Below are positions 1 through 10,783 of a stretch of 32,000 bases of DNA, one piece after another; within the stretch, counting starts at the first letter, position 1, and each line of letters starts with the position of its first letter. Made by a program: the position numbers and the translations under genes. The stretch is from an uncultured Clostridia bacterium. GTDB lineage: Bacteria; Bacillota; Clostridia; Lachnospirales; CAG-274. The notes beneath the pieces were generated by a model. The model saw only the letters and a program-made list of their open reading frames with translations. It was not told the origin of the DNA and made no database searches. Location: the NCBI GenBank assembly GCA_947624015.1, contig CANQIA010000003.1:101541-133540 (forward strand), written 5' to 3'.

Positions 1-1
1 A

Positions 2-973
2 GCAACCGTAAAAAGCGGTAAACAAGATTACGTATTTACAATTTCTCAACCACCTATACTTGGCGGACTACTTGGTGTCATTGGTAAATGGATCAAACAT
101 GCTAAAATGATTTATTGTATACAAGATTTTAATCCAGAGCAAATAATGGCGGTTGGCTACAGTAATAATAACTTGTTATTGAAGTTTTTAATGTTTATTG
201 ACAAGTTTTGTTGCCGTCGTTCTAATTTAGTCATAACAGTTGGAAGAGACCTGGTTGAAACTTTGAAACAGCGTTTTAACAATAAGAACGTACCTAAACA
301 CATAATGATAAACAACTGGATAGATGAGAAGCAAATTTATCCATTAGATATTATGGATAAAGGAGTACAGGAATTCAAAGCAAAATATGGTCTGCTTGAT
401 AAATATGTAATTATGTATTCGGGTAATTTGGGCTTGTTTTATGACCTAATTAATCTTCTAAAAGTAATTGAAAAATTTAAACCGAAAACCAAAACATCGG
501 ATGGTAGAGAGGTCGTATTTGCTTTTGTCGGAGCAGGAGCAGTAATGGAAGATATGAAGTTATATGTAAAGGAACACAACATGAATAACGTAGTATTTAT
601 TCCGTATCAAAGCAAGGATAGGTTAATTTATAGTCTGAATGCAGCCGATGTGCATTGGTGTGTTAATGCTAAAGGTATAAAAGGGGTGTCATGTCCTTCT
701 AAGTTTTATTCATTAATTGCTTGTAATAAGCCAATTTTAGGCGTATTAGAAAAAAATTCCGAAATAAGGTTACTTATAGAGGAAATTGGGTGTGGTCTGG
801 TATGCGAACCGGAAGATTATAATGTTATTGAAAAAAACATACAATGGCTTATTGATAATGCAGATAACGGTAAAGTACAGGCGTTAGGTAGTACAGGTCG
901 AAAATACCTTGAAAAAAATCTTTCTAAAAATAAAAGTATAAATAAATATATTGATACTATTAAAGCAATATAA
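2..973 (+). CDS. Glycosyltransferase, GT-B fold (GT4/WcaI-like); 5' end lies left of the window
   Basis: The reading frame is open from nt 2 through the listed ATG at 107 (ATVKSGKQDYVFTISQPPILGGLLGVIGKWIKHAKMIYCIQDFNPEQ), so the gene is truncated by the window edge. The C-terminal half shows GT-B retaining-transferase features (VVFAFVGAGA..., PSKFYSLIACNKPILG). Confidence 0.8.
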   Translation, partial: ATVKSGKQDYVFTISQPPILGGLLGVIGKWIKHAKMIYCIQDFNPEQIMAVGYSNNNLLLKFLMFIDKFCCRRSNLVITVGRDLVETLKQRFNNKNVPKHIMINNWIDEKQIYPLDIMDKGVQEFKAKYGLLDKYVIMYSGNLGLFYDLINLLKVIEKFKPKTKTSDGREVVFAFVGAGAVMEDMKLYVKEHNMNNVVFIPYQSKDRLIYSLNAADVHWCVNAKGIKGVSCPSKFYSLIACNKPILGVLEKNSEIRLLIEEIGCGLVCEPEDYNVIEKNIQWLIDNADNGKVQALGSTGRKYLEKNLSKNKSINKYIDTIKAI

Positions 974-1002
974 AACTATTTTGAAAAATTGCGGGAGTGC
1001 AT

Positions 1003-2091
1003 ATGGACAAGAAGAAAATATGCTTTATAGCACAATTTCCACCGCCTTTACATGGTTTATCAAAGGCGGTAGATACTTTATATAATTCAAAATTATTAAA
1101 TAAATTCACATTAGAGAAAATTAACATTGCTGATAATAAAAAGATACTAATGAATTTGCTGCTGATATATAAAAGTAATGCCGATTTATTTTATTTTACT
1201 ATAAGTCAAACAAGGCTTGGAAATCTAAGGGATTTATTGATATTAAATCTGTTAAATATACAACACAAAAAATGCCTTATTCATCTTCATGGCGGTTATT
1301 ATAGAAAGCTGATAGATAATGATATTCCTAAATGGCAAAGAAAGGCTAATATCAAAGCTTTAAAAAATCTGGAGGGAACAATAGTTTTGGGGGAATCTCT
1401 TAAATCTATATTTAAGGATTTGATACCTGATAATAAGATATATGTTGTACCTAATTGCGTAGATAATGAATATTTGATGTCTGACAAGGAATTTGATTTA
1501 AAAATAATCGATATGAAAAAAAAGAAAATAAAGCATATCCTTTATTTATCCAATTTTATAGCTTCAAAGGGTTATCCTGAAGTTCTCAGAATGGCTGCTA
1601 TTGAAAAAAACCGTTGTCAATTAGGCAAGGAGAAAGAATTTCATTTCGATTTTGCCGGTGCCTTTTTTGATAAAAATGAGGAAAAATTCTTTTTTTCTTA
1701 TATAAGAGAAAATAAGCTTGAAGATTATGTCACATACCATGGTATTGTTACAGGAGATAGAAAACGTCAACTTTTACATGATAGCGATATTTTTATATTA
1801 TTGACTCGGTATCCAAATGAAGGACAACCTATATCTATTCTTGAAGCGATGGGCAATGGGCTGGCTGTTATCACAACAGATCATGCAGGTATTCCCGATA
1901 TTGTTAGGGAAAATATTAATGGAATTGTAATTAAAAATAAAAAAGATATAGCGGAAAACGTATATAAAAGAATGAAGCAGATTGAATACAAACAATTTGC
2001 TAATAATAATAGAAAAAGTGTTCTAAAAAAATATACACAAGATATATATGTGAATAATATATATGATCTGTTTTTACAAATTATAAAATAA
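1003..2091 (+). CDS. Glycosyltransferase family 4 (GT-B, retaining type)
   Basis: N-terminus KKICFIAQFPPPLHGLS. C-terminal EX7E-like region NEGQPISILEAMGNGLAVITTDHAGIPDIV. SD GGGAG at 993-997 favours ATG 1003 over the GTG at 997 listed in the track. Confidence 0.85.
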   Translation: MDKKKICFIAQFPPPLHGLSKAVDTLYNSKLLNKFTLEKINIADNKKILMNLLLIYKSNADLFYFTISQTRLGNLRDLLILNLLNIQHKKCLIHLHGGYYRKLIDNDIPKWQRKANIKALKNLEGTIVLGESLKSIFKDLIPDNKIYVVPNCVDNEYLMSDKEFDLKIIDMKKKKIKHILYLSNFIASKGYPEVLRMAAIEKNRCQLGKEKEFHFDFAGAFFDKNEEKFFFSYIRENKLEDYVTYHGIVTGDRKRQLLHDSDIFILLTRYPNEGQPISILEAMGNGLAVITTDHAGIPDIVRENINGIVIKNKKDIAENVYKRMKQIEYKQFANNNRKSVLKKYTQDIYVNNIYDLFLQIIK

Positions 2092-2332
2092 ACTTTATAC
2101 TGCATAAATAAAGGAAATGTTTTTGCCAACATATATTTATCCTTGGGTTTATCCAAAATATTTCACTTAAATTATAAATGTAAATAAGGGATTTAATATA
2201 GGTAATGCAACAATACAGAATATCAAAGTTGCAAAAACTACATAAAGAAAGCCAAGCTTTAGGAAAACTGACACCTTATTGCACAAATTACGTTTAATGT
2301 TAAATAAGTTACTAAAATTAGGAGATGATTAC

Positions 2333-3673
2333 TTGAAAGTAAAAAAAAGCTCTTTAATATTCGTAGTTATTTTATTTTCAATGCTGATTTGGTGTAGTTT
2401 TTTTAAAACATCTGCCAGATATGTAAATATAATAGGATTATTAAGTGTAGCAGCAGCATTTTATACTGCATATATTTTGCGCTCAAATACAAGTCTATGT
2501 ATCTGCTTCTTTTTTATTGCCTATTCTATATATAGTATTGTTATTGCCGTATATTTATTTCCGGAATTGCGTCCTGCTTTTTATACACAGTTTCATGATT
2601 TTGATGTATATTGTGCCGGTATGCAATGCATTTTTGTATTTGTATTTGTACTTCTGATATTAATAAAAAATAGTAACTTAGAAAAAACTATATATTTGCA
2701 AACACATAAATTGACCCAAATAAATAACAACACAATACAAAATGATTCTATAGTTTTAGGCTGTGTGCTTGCTATAATTATAATTTCAGTAACTAATATT
2801 AAATTGGGAGATTTTAGTGAACGGTTTCGTATTACACCATTATATGAATACAGAATAATTTTTTTTATAATCGGAATGATTTATAGCGGAAAAAATTTGT
2901 TATGGAAAAGATTATGGCTGGTTTTAACAATTATCTCGTGTTTTATTGCATTTATAGGGGGCAATAGGGCAGATGCTATACCATTGCCTATTGCATATGT
3001 ATATTTTTACTACAACAGGCTTAATCCAAAAAATTTATTTATTGGATTGATTGGCGCAATTATTATAATGATTTCGGTAGGAACTTTTAGACAGAATATT
3101 CTTAGGGGCGATTTTGCTTTCTCGATTTTGTTTCAAAAGATTTTAAATGAAAAACTTACATTTGATACTTCATACTGGGCATATGTACCAGCTATGGCAG
3201 CAATATCCTTATCAAACAAAACGCCACTGGCAAAAAAAGTTCAGTTATTTTGGGGACAAATAAAATATATATTTGGCGGAAGTCGATATAACGATTTTAG
3301 ACTTGTTTTTTATACAAAATTATTTTTTGCCCATACAAATGGATTTGTCTCTCCTTTATATTTCTACTTTTGGTTCGGACTATGGGGCGCGGTAATTTTT
3401 GCTTTGTTAGTGTATGCGTATGTTAGATGTATATATGTAGTGCAATATAATAATGGAAAATTTAAAAAAGGAAATCAAAATATAAATAAAGCACTTTCCG
3501 CATATTTTGTGTCCTCAGTTCCCAGATGGTTTTTATATGAACCATTTGGGTTATTAAGAGGGGAAATGATAACTCTTATCGTTGCCCTTATAGCGGGGAT
3601 TATAAATTCATTGATGAGTCGCAATATTGTTGGTCAATCTGATTTGAAAACTTCCAATAGTGTCGATTTATAG
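2333..3673 (+). CDS. Polytopic membrane protein, probable Wzy-type repeat-unit polymerase
   Basis: About 10 or more hydrophobic segments, very AT-rich, no soluble domain, embedded among glycosyltransferases with a Wzx gene nearby. SD AGGAGA (2320-2325) precedes an in-frame TTG at 2333; in-frame alternatives are ATG 2297 and TTG 2279. The function is assigned from topology and context only. Confidence 0.55.
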   Translation: MKVKKSSLIFVVILFSMLIWCSFFKTSARYVNIIGLLSVAAAFYTAYILRSNTSLCICFFFIAYSIYSIVIAVYLFPELRPAFYTQFHDFDVYCAGMQCIFVFVFVLLILIKNSNLEKTIYLQTHKLTQINNNTIQNDSIVLGCVLAIIIISVTNIKLGDFSERFRITPLYEYRIIFFIIGMIYSGKNLLWKRLWLVLTIISCFIAFIGGNRADAIPLPIAYVYFYYNRLNPKNLFIGLIGAIIIMISVGTFRQNILRGDFAFSILFQKILNEKLTFDTSYWAYVPAMAAISLSNKTPLAKKVQLFWGQIKYIFGGSRYNDFRLVFYTKLFFAHTNGFVSPLYFYFWFGLWGAVIFALLVYAYVRCIYVVQYNNGKFKKGNQNINKALSAYFVSSVPRWFLYEPFGLLRGEMITLIVALIAGIINSLMSRNIVGQSDLKTSNSVDL

Positions 3674-3787
3674 ACAAAAATTTAATTAGTATCGGTTTAA
3701 CTGCCATACAAGGTTTTTCTATGTCTAATGTCAACACTAATATATTTTTGCTATATTGCAAATTTAATCGAAAGGATGATATTTAAA

Positions 3788-4780
3788 ATGAAAAGTATTT
3801 TGGTCACAGGCGGTTGTGGAATGATAGGATCTAATTTAGTTAAACGTCTTGTGAAAAATGGTTGGGATGTGTATGTAGCAGATAATTTATGGAGAGGAAA
3901 GATTGAGTATCTTAATGATGAAAATGGTAAACCCGTTATAGATATAAATACACATTTTTTTAAAAAAGACTTAACCATATATAAAGATACAAGTGAGGTT
4001 ATTGGAGTTACAGATTATATAGTTCATCTTGCAGATGTTGTAGCAGGAATTGATTATGTGTTTAAGAATCAAGGCGAATTATTCAGAATAAACAATTTAA
4101 TTAATTCCAATGTTTTTGATTGTTGCAGAAAAGCCGGAAAAGAAAAAATCAAAGGACTTATTTATGCAGGTACTGTTTGCAGCTTTCCGCTGACACGACA
4201 AAATATATTAAATCCGGAACCTCTTAGAGAAGATGAGTTATTCCCTGCTCTTCCCGAATCGGCTTATGGATGGAGCAAACTGATGGGACAATTAGAAATT
4301 GGGTATTTGGAAAAAGAAACCAACATACCATGTTGCACATTAATGTTTCATAATGTTTATGGTACACCAACAGATTTTGGTATAAGAAGCCAAGTAATAC
4401 CCGCCTTGATACGTAAGGCAGTTAATTATCCGAACGAAGAATTTGTTGTTTGGGGAAGTGGCAAACAAGGAAGGGCATTTATACATGTAAATGATGTTGT
4501 AAACGCTCTTGTATTAGCATTAGAAAAAGGATGGGGTCATGGATATATTCAAATTGGTCCCCCCAATTGTACATCTATAAAAGAAATTGCTGAAAAAATA
4601 ATTGAGATATCCAATAAAAAGATTACACCATTTTATGACGTTACAAAGCCTGAAGGGGACAAGGCTCGCTGTGCAGATTACAGTAAGGCAAAAACAATTT
4701 TAGGCTGGGAACCGATAATTTCTCTTGAAGATGGTTTGCGAGAATCATATAAATGGATTAGTAAACAAATAAAAAGGTAA
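3788..4780 (+). CDS. NAD-dependent nucleotide-sugar epimerase/dehydratase (extended SDR)
   Basis: Rossmann motif MKSILVTGGCGMIGSNL at the start and a catalytic YxxxK (SAYGWSKLMGQ). SD AAAGGA precedes ATG 3788; the track's upstream extension (3728) lacks an SD and the added residues are not SDR-like. Confidence 0.85.
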   Translation: MKSILVTGGCGMIGSNLVKRLVKNGWDVYVADNLWRGKIEYLNDENGKPVIDINTHFFKKDLTIYKDTSEVIGVTDYIVHLADVVAGIDYVFKNQGELFRINNLINSNVFDCCRKAGKEKIKGLIYAGTVCSFPLTRQNILNPEPLREDELFPALPESAYGWSKLMGQLEIGYLEKETNIPCCTLMFHNVYGTPTDFGIRSQVIPALIRKAVNYPNEEFVVWGSGKQGRAFIHVNDVVNALVLALEKGWGHGYIQIGPPNCTSIKEIAEKIIEISNKKITPFYDVTKPEGDKARCADYSKAKTILGWEPIISLEDGLRESYKWISKQIKR

Positions 4781-4784
4781 AAAT

Positions 4785-5852
4785 ATGAAAGTATTATATA
4801 TTGATATATCAATAACAGGTCATCATGTTCCTTATTTAAAGGCATTAAGCAATAAAGAAAACGAAAATATATATATAATACCAAAACATGTTGATGATTT
4901 ATTAGGCAAAATACATATTGTTCCATATGCGAAACAGGATATAGTTTCATTTTATAAGTGGTATTTCAAGATCCTGAAGATAATAAAACAGGAAAATCCC
5001 GATATTATTCACTTTGCTTTTGCAGATGTATTGATTAAAACTTTTGGTATTGGATTAGGATTGATAAAAAAATATAAAATAGTTTGTTCATTTCATAGGA
5101 TGGATAATAATACTTTCAAAAATTTTTCTCGAAATATAATAGCAAACAAAGTTGATATCGTGACTACGCATGTTCTAGGATCAGAGGAGCTTTTTACCGC
5201 AAGAAACCAAAAGAAATGTCACTTTGTTCCATATCCGTCTACACTTGAAGCATATTATTGCTCAACTAAAGAAGCAAGACAAAAGCTTAATATCAATACC
5301 AGCTATCCGGTTATTGCTGTTGTAGGAATAATGTCACAATATAAAAATCTCGATATTTTGTTTAAAGCACTTGAGAATGTGATATTACCATTTTATTTAA
5401 TAATAGCTGGAAAACCATCATATTATTCCGAAACATATTTGAATGATAAAGTTAGTAAATTAAAATCAATAAAAAAAGATAAATTTGATGCTACATTAAT
5501 ATTAAGGTATATTAGCGACGAGGAATTTGTGCAATGCATATCTGCTTCGGATATCATAGCTGTTAACTATTCCAAATCCTTCGAGGGAACCAGCGGACCA
5601 ATGACAGAAGGTATAAGGTTGAAAAAAACTATAATTGGCAGTAGTCACAGCAATATAGGGCATTACATAGCCAAGTATAATATAGGTTATAGTTGTGATG
5701 CAGATGATACAGATGCTCTTGCGGAAATTTTTGAAAAAGCATTGAAAAAACCAATTAAATATACAAATATTGCAGATGAATTAATTAAAATGCAGTCAGC
5801 AGAAGGTTTTAGGAAAGAAATTAGTGTTATATATAAATCGTTAAAAAATTGA
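4785..5852 (+). CDS. Glycosyltransferase, divergent GT-B (GT4-like)
   Basis: Two-lobed GT-B pattern: MKVLYIDISITGHH at the N-terminus, then PVIAVVGIMSQYKNLDILFKA, IIAGKP and FEGTSGPMTEGIRLKKTIIGS in the C-terminal lobe. The ATG lies 4 nt after the previous stop codon. Confidence 0.7.
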   Translation: MKVLYIDISITGHHVPYLKALSNKENENIYIIPKHVDDLLGKIHIVPYAKQDIVSFYKWYFKILKIIKQENPDIIHFAFADVLIKTFGIGLGLIKKYKIVCSFHRMDNNTFKNFSRNIIANKVDIVTTHVLGSEELFTARNQKKCHFVPYPSTLEAYYCSTKEARQKLNINTSYPVIAVVGIMSQYKNLDILFKALENVILPFYLIIAGKPSYYSETYLNDKVSKLKSIKKDKFDATLILRYISDEEFVQCISASDIIAVNYSKSFEGTSGPMTEGIRLKKTIIGSSHSNIGHYIAKYNIGYSCDADDTDALAEIFEKALKKPIKYTNIADELIKMQSAEGFRKEISVIYKSLKN

Positions 5853-6179
5853 TATTTTTGATTTTATCAAAGCTCATGTTTTGAAACATATTTATTTTTC
5901 CGAAATTTGTATAAAGAAGATGGTAATAAATAGGTTTGGCGTGTGATCAGGTAACTAAGAATTTTTTCCATTACATTATTATAAGCATATATTTGGTCAA
6001 TGTTGCCATAATTTCTATATTAAAACCGGTGCAAAATAATTTGCTATGATGGTTAATATCCGATCACGCTTGTATCTGCAACGCAAAAATATATATATCT
6101 TATACATATAATATAAAATTGCAATGTAAAAATAGATGTAAAACTTAAAATTTATAACATCTCACAAAGGAGTAAAAAC

Positions 6180-7121
6180 ATGGAAAAATATGACATATTA
6201 ATTATGGTAACAGAAAAAGACTTAAATGTTTTAAAAATGATGTTGCCATATTGCAAAAAAAATATAGATTCAAAACGGATATGTATTGTAGCAAACAAAA
6301 AAATAAAGCAAAAAGTATGCGAAATAGAAGACATAACATTTATAGATGAAGATACAGTATATGATGGTATGACATTGGATTCTGTAGCAGATATTATTGA
6401 AAACATATGCAATGAAAGAAAGCGTGCAGGATGGTATCTTCAGCAGTTCCTGAAATTAGCTTGGGCATATAAGTGTCAAGACAAAAGATACATTGTGTTG
6501 GATTCTGATACTTTTCCATTAAATAAAATTGAATTTATTGATGATAATGGGATTTGCTTATTTACAAAAAAAGTGGAATATCACAAACCGTATTTTGATA
6601 CACTAAAGAAACTTTTTGACGGAACTGTTTCTAGGGAAAGAGATTTTTCATTTGTGGCAGAACATATGATATTTGAATGTGAATATGTAAAAGAGCTTAT
6701 TAAAAAAATAGAGGGGAACAAGAATCTTATAGGTAATACATTTTATGAAAAAATATTAAGAGCAATAAATAAAGACGATTTGCTAAAATCGGGATTCAGC
6801 GAATTTGAAACATATGGTAATTATATGCTTGTATATCATCCTGAAAGTGTTCATATACGCAGCCTACGTACTCAGAGAGAAGCAATGGTACTCATAGGAA
6901 GTCATCCCACATTGGCTCAGCTTGAATGGGCTTCAAAAGATTATGATCTGATTTCAATAGAGGGGGATTATTGCAACAATAGCTTAATGATAAAACTTTC
7001 TTCTTCAGCCATTATAAGAAAAATATTCAAATTAAAAACCTTTGCTAGAATAAGAAGTAGAATTCGTACAGTATATAGAAAATTAACAAAAAAGCAAGAC
7101 TTCAAACTAGAAGACAATTAA
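6180..7121 (+). CDS. Putative nucleotide-diphospho-sugar (GT-A-like) transferase of an uncharacterised family
   Basis: Strong SD AAAGGAG before the ATG. Motif GWYLQQFLKLAW is followed by a DxD-like YIVLDSDTFP. I recall this pattern from uncharacterised polysaccharide-locus proteins but cannot name the family with certainty. Confidence 0.5.
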   Translation: MEKYDILIMVTEKDLNVLKMMLPYCKKNIDSKRICIVANKKIKQKVCEIEDITFIDEDTVYDGMTLDSVADIIENICNERKRAGWYLQQFLKLAWAYKCQDKRYIVLDSDTFPLNKIEFIDDNGICLFTKKVEYHKPYFDTLKKLFDGTVSRERDFSFVAEHMIFECEYVKELIKKIEGNKNLIGNTFYEKILRAINKDDLLKSGFSEFETYGNYMLVYHPESVHIRSLRTQREAMVLIGSHPTLAQLEWASKDYDLISIEGDYCNNSLMIKLSSSAIIRKIFKLKTFARIRSRIRTVYRKLTKKQDFKLEDN

Positions 7122-7137
7122 AAAAGGAGCTTATGCT

Positions 7138-8658
7138 ATGGAACGAAGCAAAAAAGCACTAAAAAATGTAACAACAGGCATTCTGAATAAGATGTTAATA
7201 ATGCTGTTTGCTTTTGCTTCACGAACGGTTTTTATAAAAACACTTGGGGCAGAATATACAGGTATAAGCAGTCTATATACAAATATTCTTTCAATGCTTT
7301 CCCTTGCGGAACTTGGTCTTGGAAATGTATTATCATTTTACTTGTATTCTGCTCTTAGAAAAAATGATAAGGAAGAAATACGGGGGCTTATTAAAGAATT
7401 TAGACACATATATTTTTTGATCATTCTACTTATTTTTATATTTGGTATTGCTATAATTCCATTTATAAGTATTATGGTCAAAAGTAATATTAGCAGTCGT
7501 GAATTAATATTGTACTATATCCTTTATCTTATTAATTCATTGGCATCATATTTTGTTGTATACAGAACAATGGTCATTTCTGCCGATCAGAAAAGTTATG
7601 TATCCAACATATGTCATACATTTACAACTATGGTCATGTATGTTCTGCAAGTCCTTTATTTGCTGATATTTCACGATTTTTTAGGATATTTGATAATACA
7701 GGTAATGTGTACCATAGGTCATAATTTAATAATGAATCACATTGCATGCGTAAAATATCCATATCTGGTCAATTTAAAGAACACAACTGCAATCCTTATA
7801 GATAAGCGAAGTTTATTTAAAAATATAAAAGCAACATTTATATTTAAAGTGTCGGACACAATATTGGATCAGACAGATAACATTATCATTTCAATTATGT
7901 TTGGAACCGTTTTTGTGGGATTTTATTCTAATTACTATATGATTATTGTTTATCTTTGTAACATTGCAGCTATTATTGCTAATGGTCTGGTTGCAGGATT
8001 TGGAAATCTAGTAGCAGAAGCAAATAAAGAAAAAAATTATTCCATGTTTAAAAGTTCCATGCTTTTGTTCTCTGTATTTGGTACTTTTTCTACAGTTTGT
8101 TATTTTTGTCTTATACAGGATTTTATAAGAATATGGATTGGACAGCAATACATTATGAATTATGGTCTTATAGTAGCAATACTGACAGTGTTTTATTTGC
8201 GCATGGTTACAAATACTGTATGGATATATCGTATTGCCATGGGATTATTTAAAGAAGTTCAATACATAAACTTTATTGCAGCATTATTAAATATTATATT
8301 ATCAATAGCTTTAGGTAGGCTAATAGGTATGTCCGGAGTAATTTTAGCGACTGCTGTATCCAGATTACTCACATCATTTTGGTATGAAGGACAAGTAGTT
8401 TTTAAAAAATTTAATAAACCAGTTAAAATATACTATTTTAAACAGGCTAAAGACTTGTTTATTGCAGCCATTATTATATCAATATCATTTTTTTTAACAT
8501 CCCAAATAACATACGAAGGATTTGCGGTGTTGATAATTAAATTATTAATATGCGTGATTGTTACATTTACCATAGAAATTCTATTTAACTACAATACAGA
8601 AGAGGGACAAACACTAAAAAATAAAATTTTAATCGGAATAAAATCGAAGCACAAATAA
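7138..8658 (+). CDS. wzx: Wzx-type oligosaccharide flippase (MOP superfamily polysaccharide biosynthesis protein)
   Basis: 506 aa with about 12-14 hydrophobic helices and a typical N-terminus (KKALKNVTTGILNKMLIMLFAFASRTVFIKTLGAEYTGISSLYTNIL). SD AAGGAG lies 8 nt upstream. Confidence 0.8.
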   Translation: MERSKKALKNVTTGILNKMLIMLFAFASRTVFIKTLGAEYTGISSLYTNILSMLSLAELGLGNVLSFYLYSALRKNDKEEIRGLIKEFRHIYFLIILLIFIFGIAIIPFISIMVKSNISSRELILYYILYLINSLASYFVVYRTMVISADQKSYVSNICHTFTTMVMYVLQVLYLLIFHDFLGYLIIQVMCTIGHNLIMNHIACVKYPYLVNLKNTTAILIDKRSLFKNIKATFIFKVSDTILDQTDNIIISIMFGTVFVGFYSNYYMIIVYLCNIAAIIANGLVAGFGNLVAEANKEKNYSMFKSSMLLFSVFGTFSTVCYFCLIQDFIRIWIGQQYIMNYGLIVAILTVFYLRMVTNTVWIYRIAMGLFKEVQYINFIAALLNIILSIALGRLIGMSGVILATAVSRLLTSFWYEGQVVFKKFNKPVKIYYFKQAKDLFIAAIIISISFFLTSQITYEGFAVLIIKLLICVIVTFTIEILFNYNTEEGQTLKNKILIGIKSKHK

Positions 8659-8749
8659 GAAAAATTTATATAAGTAATGTTTTCGATCAGTAATTAAGAA
8701 AAATATATATTTTACTATCAATATAAAGTCCGAAAAAGGAGAATTACAT

Positions 8750-9799
8750 ATGAAAAAAGCACTGATAACCGGCATTACCGGTCAGGACGGCTCTTATTTA
8801 GCCGAATTTTTAATAGAAAAAGGCTATGATGTACATGGTGTTACTCGCCGTGCATCTATTTCAAATACAGCAAGGATAGATCATCTTATTGCGGATAATT
8901 TAATTACTCTCCATGATGGCGATCTGTCCGATTCATCGTCATTGATGCGTATCATCGCTCTTGTTCAACCTGACGAGATATACAATCTGGCAGCTCAGAG
9001 TCATGTTCAGGTCTCATTTGATGTCCCTGAATATTCGGGAGATATAGACGCATTGGGCTGTCTGAGGATCCTTGAGGCTGTGCGTATACTTGGTATGACT
9101 AAAAAGACTAAAATATATCAGGCTTCCACATCCGAGCTGTACGGCAAAGTTGAGGAAATTCCTCAGAATGAGAATACACACTTTCATCCATACAGCCCCT
9201 ATGCTGTAGCAAAGCAGTATGGCTTCTGGATAACAAAGGAGTACAGAGAAGCTTACGGCGTGTTTGCTGTAAACGGTATTTTGTTTAATCACGAATCCGA
9301 GAGACGTGGCGAAAATTTTGTTACAAGGAAAATAACTCTTGCCGCAGGTCGTATTGCAGAAGGCTTACAAGATTATCTTGAGCTTGGCAATCTTGATTCA
9401 CTTCGGGATTGGGGCTATGCAAAGGATTATGTTGAGTGTATGTGGCTTATTATGCAACAGGACAAGCCCGAGGATTTTGTTATTGCTACCGGCGTACAGC
9501 ATACCGTAAGAGATTTTACGGAAAAAGCTTTTGCCGCTAATGGTATAGCACTTCGCTGGGAAGGTAATGGCATCGATGAAAAGGGTTATGATTCACAAAC
9601 AGGCAAAATGCTTGTATGCGTAAACCCACAATGGTTCAGACCCACCGATGTGGACAACCTTTTGGGCGATCCCACTAAAGCAAGAACTGTTTTGGGTTGG
9701 GATCCGCAAAAAACAAGCTATGAAGAACTTATCAAAATAATGGCTGAACATGACAGAATGCTTGCCAAACGTGAAAAAGCTATGAAAAAATTACAGTAA
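8750..9799 (+). CDS. gmd: GDP-mannose 4,6-dehydratase
   Basis: Diagnostic N-terminus [30 protein letters not shown], plus [15 protein letters not shown] and [29 protein letters not shown]. Confidence 0.97.
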   Translation: MKKALITGITGQDGSYLAEFLIEKGYDVHGVTRRASISNTARIDHLIADNLITLHDGDLSDSSSLMRIIALVQPDEIYNLAAQSHVQVSFDVPEYSGDIDALGCLRILEAVRILGMTKKTKIYQASTSELYGKVEEIPQNENTHFHPYSPYAVAKQYGFWITKEYREAYGVFAVNGILFNHESERRGENFVTRKITLAAGRIAEGLQDYLELGNLDSLRDWGYAKDYVECMWLIMQQDKPEDFVIATGVQHTVRDFTEKAFAANGIALRWEGNGIDEKGYDSQTGKMLVCVNPQWFRPTDVDNLLGDPTKARTVLGWDPQKTSYEELIKIMAEHDRMLAKREKAMKKLQ

Positions 9800-9819
9800 T
9801 ACATAAAGAAGGTAAAATT

Positions 9820-10764
9820 ATGATGGATAAAAATTCTAAGATATATGTAGCAGGTCATAGAGGAATGGTAGGTTCGGCTATTGTAAGAGAGCTTGAAAGA
9901 CAGGGATATACAAATATTATTACGAGGACTCATGCCGAGCTTGATTTATGCAGACAAGCCGATGTCGAGAAATTCTTTTCTGAAGAAAAGCCCGAATATG
10001 TTTTTCTGGCTGCCGCAAAGGTAGGCGGAATTGTTGCCAACCAAAACGCATTGGCAGACTTTATGTACGACAATATGATACTTGAAATGAATGTGATACA
10101 TTCAGCATGGCAGAATGGGTGTAAAAAGCTGGAGTTTTTAGGCTCCTCTTGCATTTATCCTCGTATGGCTCCACAGCCTATGCAGGAAAGCTGTTTGCTC
10201 ACATCGGAGTTGGAAAAGACCAATGAAGCATATGCCCTTGCGAAAATTTCCGGTCTTAAATATTGCGAATTTCTCAACAGACAGTATGGCACCGATTACA
10301 TAAGCGTTATGCCTACTAATCTGTACGGTCCAAATGATAATTATCATCCTGTTCACAGCCATGTACTTCCGGCGCTTATACGTCGCTTCCACGAAGCTAA
10401 GGAACAGGGACTTGGATCTGTGACCTGTTGGGGTGACGGTTCGCCGTTAAGAGAATTTTTGTATGTGGATGACCTTGCTGACCTCTGCGTATTCCTTATG
10501 AATAACTACAGCGGAAATGAAACTGTAAATGCAGGTACAGGCGAGGAGCTTACAATAAAGGAGCTTACAGAGCTTGTGGCTGATGTTATAGGGTATAAAG
10601 GCGAGATCAAGTGGGATACTTCAAAGCCTAACGGTACTCCAAGAAAGCTCCTGGATGTTTCCAAAGCCACAAAATTAGGATGGACATACAAGACGGAATT
10701 AAAAGATGGAATAAAGATGTCCTATGAGGATTTTCTCAATAATCCCATGAGGGCAGAAAGATAA
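9820..10764 (+). CDS. fcl: GDP-L-fucose synthase (GDP-4-keto-6-deoxymannose 3,5-epimerase/4-reductase)
   Basis: KIYVAGHRGMVGSAIVRELERQGY, AAAKVGGIVANQ, YALAKISGLKYCE and PTNLYGPNDN. Lies immediately downstream of gmd. Confidence 0.95.
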   Translation: MMDKNSKIYVAGHRGMVGSAIVRELERQGYTNIITRTHAELDLCRQADVEKFFSEEKPEYVFLAAAKVGGIVANQNALADFMYDNMILEMNVIHSAWQNGCKKLEFLGSSCIYPRMAPQPMQESCLLTSELEKTNEAYALAKISGLKYCEFLNRQYGTDYISVMPTNLYGPNDNYHPVHSHVLPALIRRFHEAKEQGLGSVTCWGDGSPLREFLYVDDLADLCVFLMNNYSGNETVNAGTGEELTIKELTELVADVIGYKGEIKWDTSKPNGTPRKLLDVSKATKLGWTYKTELKDGIKMSYEDFLNNPMRAER

Positions 10765-10783
10765 ATACAGGGAGAGAATGTAT

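Noticed and set aside
1516-1523. A8 homopolymer tracts in coding regions (also near 2341 and 14641) as slipped-strand phase-variation switches
   Set aside because: They encode ordinary Lys runs in an extremely AT-rich genome. Tracts of this length are expected by composition, and nothing shows length variation.
5939-6072. Inverted repeat (ggcgtgtgatcagg / ccgatcacgc) that could flank an invertible promoter in the 327-nt gap
   Set aside because: Only about 8-9 matching bases, with a mismatch or indel. That is far shorter than the inverted repeats of known invertible switches, no recombinase gene is nearby, and a repeat of this size is plausible by chance in this length of DNA.
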